DNA of 61,339 nt, taken from NCBI GenBank assembly GCA_947491545.1, contig CANLJX010000003.1, positions 1-61,339 of the forward strand, read 5' to 3'. Below are positions 29,802 to 37,007 of the stretch, piece after piece. Each line of letters starts with the position of its first letter. The stretch's first letter is position 1. The position numbers were made by a program, and so were the translations under genes. Source of the stretch: Deltaproteobacteria bacterium. Lineage in GTDB: Bacteria; Bdellovibrionota_C; UBA2361; OMII01. Under the pieces are notes generated by a model that saw nothing but the letters and a program-made list of their open reading frames with translations, ran no database searches and was not told where the DNA came from.

Positions 29802-31070
29802 TTACCGCGAGTGCCCAAGCTCTCCCTTCGCCTCGCGCGGCAGGGCAATCCAAGAGCGACGCGAGATGCGGTCGTCTGAAACTACCGCCTTGAACATCGG
29901 GTCAGCTTCGCTGAGGGTCATGACGCGCCCGTCTTCAAGAAGCACGAGCATCGACTGTCGAGTGTCGCCCGAGTGCACATCTGCCGTGGAGATCTCATGC
30001 AGGTAGTAGCGTGGCTCGAGCCCCAGCTTCTCAAGCGCACCGCGGCCAGCAGCGATAAGCGACTCCATGCTTGTGCCTGGAGCACAACGGATCGTCTTAA
30101 AGAGCCTGCGGTGCAGCAGCCTGTCACACAGATCCCGCAGGATCGCATCGTTGCCCTCAGACCAGCGAGAGATGTGGTAGCGCCACCACGATTCCCGCAT
30201 TCGGAAGATTGAGTCGAGCGAAAGCTCAGCGGCATTTTTTGCTGCCAAGGCGTGACGCATCACTGGATCGGCGAAGCTCAAAGCTTCTCCTAGGTCGCGC
30301 GCCCGCTGCACTATCGCTTTGTTGATCATATCGGCCGCGAGCAGCACGCGGTGCTGGTACACCTGCCGGTACATGGCGTGGCGCGACACCATGAAATGCA
30401 TCATCGCGTCGAGCCTGTTTTCCATGAGAGCGAGGTGCTTTTCGTTGGTCAGCACCATCGAGTCAACGAGCGCTGGGATGTTGTACTTTCCGTAGCTCAC
30501 TCCTGCCAGCACACTGTCAACGGTTGACCAGTTTCCGCGATCAACGTTCCAGCCGCCGCCCGAAATAATCTCCCAAGTCCAGGCCGGAACGCTCTCGGAC
30601 TCACCTAGGATGGCAGTAACAGCCGGCCGAAGCTTTAGCGAGAAAGCATCGAGCAGCCCAGAGATCTCAGGGTCCTCATTGATAACCAGCTCAGCTATCT
30701 CTTCATGGCAGTCGGGCTGGCCCGGGAACCAAGTCTTGAACGCTGTGTGCGAGCCCGGAGCGAGGTGCCCCACGTCGTGCAGGAGCGCGGCTGTAAGGAT
30801 GGCCGCTTTGTGTTCCCGCACATCCTCAGGAAATCGGCGCGCGAGCTTCTCAAGAACGAGTTTTGCAAGGTAGGCAACACCTAAGCAGTGCCCGAAGCGC
30901 GAGTGCTCAGAGAACATGTACACGAGGCGGGTGTTGGCGGTTTGGCTAATGTCCCGCAGCCGCTGAAACCAGCGGGTGTCCGCCAAGCGGAGGATCAACG
31001 CCTCGGCCGGATCGGATGGAGAGAAGGAGACTGACTGGTGAACTACGTCTGCAAAAGTAATGTCGCTCAT
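29802..31070 (-). CDS. HD-domain phosphohydrolase, COG1078 / SAMHD1-like (putative dNTP triphosphohydrolase)
   Basis: FQRLRDISQT..FSEHSRFGHCLGVAYLA and ALLHDVGHLAPGSH give the H...HD...D metal site in the order typical of EF1143/SAMHD1 homologues. The ATG overlaps the stop of the upstream gene (ATGA). Confidence 0.85.
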   Translation of the reverse strand: MSDITFADVVHQSVSFSPSDPAEALILRLADTRWFQRLRDISQTANTRLVYMFSEHSRFGHCLGVAYLAKLVLEKLARRFPEDVREHKAAILTAALLHDVGHLAPGSHTAFKTWFPGQPDCHEEIAELVINEDPEISGLLDAFSLKLRPAVTAILGESESVPAWTWEIISGGGWNVDRGNWSTVDSVLAGVSYGKYNIPALVDSMVLTNEKHLALMENRLDAMMHFMVSRHAMYRQVYQHRVLLAADMINKAIVQRARDLGEALSFADPVMRHALAAKNAAELSLDSIFRMRESWWRYHISRWSEGNDAILRDLCDRLLHRRLFKTIRCAPGTSMESLIAAGRGALEKLGLEPRYYLHEISTADVHSGDTRQSMLVLLEDGRVMTLSEADPMFKAVVSDDRISRRSWIALPREAKGELGHSR

Positions 31071-32263
31071 ACGAGGTGCCCTTGAGCCAAATCTACACTA
31101 GGAAGTGGCTGCTGAGAAACGATTGTAAGGCCGAAGCTCGCCAGACCGGTGAGCGAGCGGCTGCTGCTCGACAGAACCTCAATCTGCGACACCCCAAGAT
31201 CACGCAGTATCTGGGCGCCAACGCCGTATTCCCGCATCATGCTGGCAGGTTGAGCGCCGCCTGAGGCGAAACGCTGCTCCGCTTCAGGGGACTCCTCGAA
31301 AGCAGGCCGCCGTAGGTACACCAGAACGCCGGAGCCGCGTCCCGAAATCGCTTGCAGCGATGACTGAAGCAGCGCTCGGGAGCTTCGGTCTCCGCCACCA
31401 AATACGTCCGAGAGCGTGCTTTCTGCCTGGACGCGCACGAGCACCGGACCGCCGTGCGCCACATCTCCCTTGATAAGGGCAATATGCTCAACGTCATGAA
31501 TCTTCGAGCGGTACGTTATGCCCCGAAGCTCACCTGCGATGCGAGAGGGGATGATGGCCTCAGCCGTTCTCGTGACAAGGGGCTCGCGGTGCAAGCGGTA
31601 CGAAATGAGCTGAGAGAGCCCAACGACCGGTAGCCCATGCTCAGCGGCGAATCGTGTCGACTCCGAGGCTGACAGGAGATCACCGCTGCGGCCAACCAGA
31701 TCGACGAAGAGCGCAGCATCTGAGAAACCGGATAATCGCACGATATCGAGGGCTCCTTCGGCAAGAGCCGCTTTTACGAGAACTCCGCCGCTTCGAACTT
31801 CTACCGGGAAGATATGCCCTGGCTTGACCAAGTCTCGAGGGTGAGGAGTGTCACCGCCGAGAATCCTGACAGTCGCTGCGCGGTCTGAGGCACTGATGCC
31901 TGTCGTGATCCCTTCACGCGCCTCAACAGAGCAGAGCATCTTCAGAGAGTCGACAGTAGTCGTTGCCTTAGCGCTTGAGCGAGTAGGTGAGGGGCGAGAC
32001 ATCTCCGGGAGCATAAAGGCCGCGGCTCGTTCCGCAGAGACAGCGACGAAGGTGAGGCCTCCGGAAAGGGAGAGTGCTCGGTTCATGATTTCCGGGGTCA
32101 TGTCGCGCGTCGGCGCGATTAGTGCCGCGCGAGGCGGGCCGATGTCATCGACTAAGATACCGAGACGTGCGGAGCTGAACTGACTGAGAAAGGCCGGAAT
32201 CGGCGACATGCCGCGATTAGACCAGACTTTGGCGGGGCTGTCACGGCTGCCGGGACTAGTCAA
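31067..32263 (-). CDS. RibBA-like two-domain protein (DHBP synthase-like + GTP cyclohydrolase II-like), with catalytic residues of both domains substituted
   Basis: The fold-level match is clear (REGITTGISASDRAATVR, KPGHIFPV, GGVLV, LISYRL; then PVLVRVQAES...GVLVYLRR...QILRDLGV). However DDEDRENEGD reads DDIGPPRAAL, GHTEA reads ALAEG, HSECLTGD reads QAESTLSD and RCDCG reads DRSSR. The track start is TTG 32263; an alternative ATG lies at 32209. Confidence 0.8.
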   Translation of the reverse strand: MTSPGSRDSPAKVWSNRGMSPIPAFLSQFSSARLGILVDDIGPPRAALIAPTRDMTPEIMNRALSLSGGLTFVAVSAERAAAFMLPEMSRPSPTRSSAKATTTVDSLKMLCSVEAREGITTGISASDRAATVRILGGDTPHPRDLVKPGHIFPVEVRSGGVLVKAALAEGALDIVRLSGFSDAALFVDLVGRSGDLLSASESTRFAAEHGLPVVGLSQLISYRLHREPLVTRTAEAIIPSRIAGELRGITYRSKIHDVEHIALIKGDVAHGGPVLVRVQAESTLSDVFGGGDRSSRALLQSSLQAISGRGSGVLVYLRRPAFEESPEAEQRFASGGAQPASMMREYGVGAQILRDLGVSQIEVLSSSSRSLTGLASFGLTIVSQQPLPSVDLAQGHLV

Positions 32264-32392
32264 CTGACTGAACTCGCTAGGAAAACAGGACCGCCGAGAT
32301 TCCGTTCAAGGTTTTGCTCGGGGGAGTCGAAGATACTCTTAGGCCAAGGAAGTCCTCACCAAGTAGTTCTTGTAGTTCTCAGTGGTGCAAAC

Positions 32393-32893
32393 ATGGAAAC
32401 GGAAGTTGTTGAAATCGATCTCACCAGCCGCGATGGGCTGGAGAAAGCTATAATTCGTGCGCGTCGCACGGCCTTCGTTGCGCGATTCATCGTGCTGCGA
32501 GAGTCAAAGCGAACGAGAGCGCATCGCGTTATTGAGCTGATGGAGTGGGGTGAGCTGACCACAGTTGAGGAGCTCGCCGGACGGTTCCGGGCCGCGTTTG
32601 TCGAGAACGGGGACAACATGGTTCCTGTGGACAGGGACCTTCGGCGTGCGTTGGCGCACTCGTTCAGGTCGCTCAAATTCTTTGTTGAGCAGTATGCCGT
32701 CAGGGCCACCCTCAACTTCATCGATGCGCTTGAGGACTACGAGCGTTCTAATGAGCTCCTATTCGTAGCGGAGGATCAGCCGAAGCCAGGCGGTTGGCGG
32801 CTTCCAACCGAGCTGCGAAAGCTGAAAGTGCAGGATGCCGCTCCTGGAGCAAAGCGCGGTTCGCGAAAGCCAAAACACGCAGCTCACCCTTAG
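32393..32893 (+). CDS. Hypothetical protein, 166 aa, basic C-terminal tail
   Basis: ATG ORF with protein-like composition, whereas the antisense ORF 32356..32721 is Ser/Arg/Thr-rich. A strong intrinsic terminator follows 31 nt downstream. I saw no clear Shine-Dalgarno and no family match. Confidence 0.5.
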   Translation: METEVVEIDLTSRDGLEKAIIRARRTAFVARFIVLRESKRTRAHRVIELMEWGELTTVEELAGRFRAAFVENGDNMVPVDRDLRRALAHSFRSLKFFVEQYAVRATLNFIDALEDYERSNELLFVAEDQPKPGGWRLPTELRKLKVQDAAPGAKRGSRKPKHAAHP

Positions 32894-32924
32894 GGAGTGA
32901 GTGCGATGATGTTTGTGTGTTGAA

Positions 32925-32950
32925 GGGAGAGCGAGGCTCTCCCTTTTTTT
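32925..32950 (+). terminator. Rho-independent terminator
   Basis: gggagagc-gag-gctctccc (perfect 8-bp GC-rich stem, 32925-32943) is followed by ttttttt (32944-32950). It lies between convergent genes. Confidence 0.75.
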
Positions 32951-32966
32951 GGGGAGCTTTTAGCGA

Positions 32967-33125
32967 CTAGAACAGCGCGTAGATAAATGGCGATAGAGCA
33001 GAGCCCTGAGTAGTAACGAGGACAAGACCAAGCAGGAGGAAGACCACAATAATCGGCGCGAGCCACCAGGCCTTGTGCTCCTTGAGGAGCCCTGCAACTT
33101 GAATAAGGGTGTTTGTTTTGCTCAT
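32967..33125 (-). CDS. DUF5989-type small membrane protein, 52 aa
   Basis: Hand translation: MSKTNTLIQVAGLLKEHKAWWLAPIIVVFLLLGLVLVTTQGSALSPFIYALF. The KxWWLxPIIxxxLLLGxLxxxTQGSAxxPFIYxLF pattern is the family hallmark as I recall it. A gagg Shine-Dalgarno lies upstream. It is absent from the ORF track (under 60 aa). Confidence 0.7.
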   Translation of the reverse strand: MSKTNTLIQVAGLLKEHKAWWLAPIIVVFLLLGLVLVTTQGSALSPFIYALF

Positions 33126-33194
33126 ACGTGTACTGCCTCGAAAGCGCTTAGGGTCTGCGTTGAACTACGAAGCTGCCAGAACTGGGTGCTGGAG

Positions 33195-33707
33195 CTACGC
33201 TGCTGCCCGGTTCTCGTCCTCGTTGTGCTCCGGGTCTGGCGAGAGCTCGCTTATAATCTTGTCGACCTCTTCAATGAGCGACCCAATCGCGTAGGCCCAA
33301 ACATACTGTCCGGCCTTCTTCCCGGTCAACACTTCGGCTATCTCGCCCTTATCTTGGATGCGGTGCTTGATGAAGAGCTGCTTGCCGTCCGTTAACAGAA
33401 CCATATCACTAGGGTTCTTGTGGAGCTTCGGCAGCTTCTTGCGAAGGTAGTCGATACCTCTGCGAAACCGGTTGACCGGCAGCCCTTCGCGCTTCATGCG
33501 GAAGAGCCAGCAGAGCAGTATGAGGTCTGGATACGAGTACTTGGGACGACCACGGCTCTTGGTCTTGCCCGTAGTGGGCACGAGGTTCGTGCGGGCATAG
33601 TAGTTAAGGAGCGCGAGACCGATCTTCTCGTCGCCCCCGGTGAGGGTGCGGAGAATCGACTGCACCTGCTTAGCGGTGAACTCACGGTCAAGAATGTGAA
33701 CGGTCAT
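33195..33707 (-). CDS. MerR-like HTH DNA-binding protein with an uncharacterised C-terminal domain, 170 aa
   Basis: From the ATG at 33707 (MTVHILDREFTAKQV...), LNYYARTNLVPTTG...RGRPKYSYPDLILLCWLFRMKREGLPVNRFRRGIDYL resembles a MerR HTH plus wing. The track's 68 extra N-terminal residues look non-coding. Confidence 0.6.
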   Translation of the reverse strand: MTVHILDREFTAKQVQSILRTLTGGDEKIGLALLNYYARTNLVPTTGKTKSRGRPKYSYPDLILLCWLFRMKREGLPVNRFRRGIDYLRKKLPKLHKNPSDMVLLTDGKQLFIKHRIQDKGEIAEVLTGKKAGQYVWAYAIGSLIEEVDKIISELSPDPEHNEDENRAAA

Positions 33708-33917
33708 GAAACGGACTCCTGAACAGCCTGCGACAACCGAAAATTCCCTGTTACTACAACCATCTTTAACTAACGGTACAGTGCGCTTCGACGGTATGTC
33801 AATTAGCCTTGTTTGCTTGGGTGCCGGACCTGCACCGATTTTTAGAGTATTTTCGGTGGGCTGAGCTCGATGCAGAGGGGGCTTCAGGAGCCACGTTCCG
33901 GCTCGCTGCAATGCCGA

Positions 33918-34769
33918 CTAGCGAGGCGGCTGGTGCTGTTCTCTGTATGGACCGGTAGGAACTAGCGCCAGTGCAACCGGCACATCGTCTCGACCGGGAA
34001 AGCTCTCTTCCCGAACAGAACCCGCGTGCCCAGGAATCTCGCCAGATATGTAGAGCTGAGAAGAGCCTCCGCCATCGAAGTTTAACGCGTCGACGCAGTT
34101 CACCCCGGGAGCAAGGAGGAGTCGTTGAAGGAGCGGCAGCGAGGAACCGAAAACCCCAGCTGAAACGCGATAGAGCACGACCCGCCCCTGCCGGTCGAGG
34201 CACATGCCCGAGAGGTTCGTGCGAAACGACGACTCCTTGAGGCCCGAAACGAGCTGCCCGTCATCGAGCACGCGTGGGCCGGCTTGAGTCGCCTCTATCA
34301 CGCCCTCGGGCGAGAATGCGTCCCGGTGCGCAATCCCAACAGACTTAGGAGTAACATAAGCTATCCCGGTGAGCGTTCCTCCGCCTCTATGTATCTTCTG
34401 CTGGATAATTCCGCGGCTGATAACGAGCCCGAGCGCGCGTCCCTGTTCATCGAAGAAGTTGGAGTTGATGCAAGCTGAGGCCCCAGCCTCCCTGCACATC
34501 GCTCGAACGTTCGCGCGCTTCCAGCCGTAGTCTGCTGCGCGCAGCACTTGTAGCCGATAGTTCGCGAGGGAGGAGCGAATCAGGACAACAGAAGCTGAAA
34601 ATACTGAGTCTGGATTGAGCTTGGCGTTGGCTTGCTCAAGATCTGTTCCGAGTGGCTCCCAAACGATTTCGGGCTCTGCCACCGCGGGGCACAGCGGCGC
34701 GAATGCCGAGAGAGCCGACAGGAAAACCGCTTTGAGACGACTTCTCCTGCCTTTCTCTCTTGCAGCCAT
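33918..34769 (-). CDS. Phosphodiester glycosidase family protein (DUF2233 / NAGPA-like), secreted
   Basis: Signal peptide (AVFLSALSAFAPLCPAVA|EPE); ACINSNFFDEQGRALG and the hallmark ALNFDGGGSSQL motif. The start lies 8 nt after the nuoF stop. Confidence 0.8.
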   Translation of the reverse strand: MAAREKGRRSRLKAVFLSALSAFAPLCPAVAEPEIVWEPLGTDLEQANAKLNPDSVFSASVVLIRSSLANYRLQVLRAADYGWKRANVRAMCREAGASACINSNFFDEQGRALGLVISRGIIQQKIHRGGGTLTGIAYVTPKSVGIAHRDAFSPEGVIEATQAGPRVLDDGQLVSGLKESSFRTNLSGMCLDRQGRVVLYRVSAGVFGSSLPLLQRLLLAPGVNCVDALNFDGGGSSQLYISGEIPGHAGSVREESFPGRDDVPVALALVPTGPYREQHQPPR

Positions 34770-34777
34770 CGGCGCGC

Positions 34778-36094
34778 TTAGTGGTGTTCGCCGAAGTCTG
34801 CGTTGAGCCGCTCTCGCCTGGGCAAGGGGCCTTTGCTTGACTCGGCAATACGTTGGCGGAATTCGTCCTTGAACTTGGTGGTGAAGCTTCTCACCGGCAT
34901 AGCGAGAGAGTCGCCAAGGAAGCAGATCGTGTGCCCAGCAACCTGGGCACAGATCGTCTCAAGAAGCTCCAGGTCACCTGGCAGGCCATCGCCGTTAGCC
35001 ATGCGCTGGAAGATCTTCTCAACCCAGTGGCCACCTTCGCGACACGGTGTGCACTGACCACAAGACTCGTGAGCGTAGAAGTGTGCAAGGTTGAGGATGG
35101 CGTCGACCATGTCGACCGAATCATCCATGACTATAACACCACCTGAGCCGAGGAAGGTTCCCAGCTTGTTCCACCCCTCGTAGTCCATCGTCGCATCCTC
35201 GATGTCTTCAGCGCGGAGTATGGGCACCGAGGAGCCGCCGGGGATGACAGCTTTCAGTCTTCTGCCGTTGAGCATTCCGCCGCACTCCTCCTCAAGGAAG
35301 CGCTTGAATGGATATCCCATCTCGACCTCGTACACGCCTGGCTTGTTGATATGTCCCGACGCTGAAACGAGCTTGGTGCCCTTTGACTTCTCTGTTCCGA
35401 TCGCCGCGTAGGCATCAGCCCCGTTCGCAACAATCCAGGGAACTGCAGCGTACGTTTCGACATTGTTGAGCACAGTTGGAGAGTAGTAGAGGCCCATCGT
35501 TGCAGGAAAATACGGCGGCTTAAGGCGCGGCTGCCCCTTCTTTCCTTCGAGAGACTCAAGGAGACCCGTCTCCTCTCCGCAGATGTAAGCCCCTGCACCT
35601 CGGTGCACAACGAGGTGCAGGGAGTATCCGCTGCCGAAGATATTGTCTCCGAGGTAGCCCTTCGCGTACGCCTCGTTCACGGCTTTTTTAAGCTGTGCGT
35701 AGGGATAGGCGTACTCACCGCGGATGTACACGCACATCCAGTGGCTCTGCACAGCCCAAGCTGCAATCATCATCCCTTCGATAATCGAGTGAGGATTCTT
35801 CTCAAGCAGAAGCCTGTCCTTGAATGTCCCTGGCTCGCTCTCATCTGCGTTGCAGACGATGTAGGTTGGCTTGCCAGTGTTGCGCGGAACGAAGCTCCAC
35901 TTCTGGCCAGCCGGAAAGCCCGCACCACCCCGACCACGCAGGCCCGACTTCTTCACCTCTTCGATAAGCGCTGCAGGGTCCATCCCCATCGCCTTCCGGA
36001 TCGCGGCGTATCCACCGCGAGACTCGTAGCCCGAGATTGTGTGCTGGTCGGGTTGCTTAATATGCTCAAGAAGGATCTGACGGTTCTGTCCCAC
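34778..36094 (-). CDS. nuoF: NADH-quinone oxidoreductase subunit F
   Basis: GLRGRGGAGFPAGQKWSF, YIVCNADESEPGTFKDR and GAGAYICGEETGLLESLEG are present, as is the N3 4Fe-4S motif ESCGQCTPCREG. The start is GTG. No nuoE or nuoG is adjacent. Confidence 0.95.
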   Translation of the reverse strand: MGQNRQILLEHIKQPDQHTISGYESRGGYAAIRKAMGMDPAALIEEVKKSGLRGRGGAGFPAGQKWSFVPRNTGKPTYIVCNADESEPGTFKDRLLLEKNPHSIIEGMMIAAWAVQSHWMCVYIRGEYAYPYAQLKKAVNEAYAKGYLGDNIFGSGYSLHLVVHRGAGAYICGEETGLLESLEGKKGQPRLKPPYFPATMGLYYSPTVLNNVETYAAVPWIVANGADAYAAIGTEKSKGTKLVSASGHINKPGVYEVEMGYPFKRFLEEECGGMLNGRRLKAVIPGGSSVPILRAEDIEDATMDYEGWNKLGTFLGSGGVIVMDDSVDMVDAILNLAHFYAHESCGQCTPCREGGHWVEKIFQRMANGDGLPGDLELLETICAQVAGHTICFLGDSLAMPVRSFTTKFKDEFRQRIAESSKGPLPRRERLNADFGEHH

Positions 36095-36223
36095 GTGCTG
36101 TAACTCTCAGTAAGAGGCTGCCTAGGCGAATTGCAAACTCTCGACAGGATAGTAAAAGGTTCGGCCGCCTGCAATCGAAACGGCGCCTTAAGTCCATTTT
36201 GGGGCAGCTTGGTTATGCGCCGA

Positions 36224-36787
36224 CTATTCGGCCTGCACCGAGATCGGCGAAGATGCTGCGGGGTCGAACTCCGGGGCTTGAACTGAGAACTCGCCTTCGT
36301 TGCTCTGCAGTGGGTCGTCGACATCCACATCGACTTCGATTAAGCCGTCAGTAACTGCTTCTACCCCCTCAAGCTGCAGCACAACGGTGCCTTCCTCCCC
36401 CTCATACTCCTGGCCGCTCGGGCGAAAGAAAGACTGTGGAAGATAGAACACAAGGTAGCGGTCGCTGTCATCTCCCAGCCCGTTGAACTTGGGGGTTAGG
36501 TCGACCTCTTTCTGCCCGACGAGCAGTAGGGCCGAAGAGCGGACGTATTTGAGCGCATCAGGGAAGCGGACCTTGAGAGCTACTCCATCTTCGATCACGT
36601 TCGCCAAGGTGATTGCCACCTCGGTTCTGTCTCCAGAGTCGATCTCAGTGGGAGAGACGTCCAGACCCACATCGGCAGCGCCCACGAAAGAGTCGCTGCC
36701 ACCGCCGCCCCCGCCGCAACCCGTGAGGGGCAGGGCAAAAGCTGCAGCCAGTAGTACGGCGCGGAGAGTAAAGCGGTTGTAGTTCAT
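36224..36787 (-). CDS. Lipoprotein, 187 aa, beta-rich, unknown function
   Basis: Signal plus lipobox AFALPLTG|C, followed by a GGGGGGS linker. The mature part has an alternating beta-like pattern. Confidence 0.7.
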   Translation of the reverse strand: MNYNRFTLRAVLLAAAFALPLTGCGGGGGGSDSFVGAADVGLDVSPTEIDSGDRTEVAITLANVIEDGVALKVRFPDALKYVRSSALLLVGQKEVDLTPKFNGLGDDSDRYLVFYLPQSFFRPSGQEYEGEEGTVVLQLEGVEAVTDGLIEVDVDVDDPLQSNEGEFSVQAPEFDPAASSPISVQAE

Positions 36788-37007
36788 GGTCGTGACAACA
36801 AAAATTGTTCAATAGCTAGAATCTATAAGGGGTTTAACGTATTTGCACCAGGAGTAATCGCGAAGCCTTTTTCAACTTAGTGAGTGGTCGCGGGACGCCT
36901 CTACTGGTACCCTGCCGAGGGGTTTAAGGTCGGATCTGGCATAATCAAAAGCCGTACTACGGGAGCTTTATTAAACTCCCCGCTACCTGTATCTTTCCGG
37001 GGTCCAG

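Noticed and set aside
32264-32392. FMN (RFN) riboswitch expected upstream of a ribBA-type gene
   Set aside because: The minus-strand leader shows none of the conserved RFN segments. This fits the gene product not being a riboflavin enzyme.
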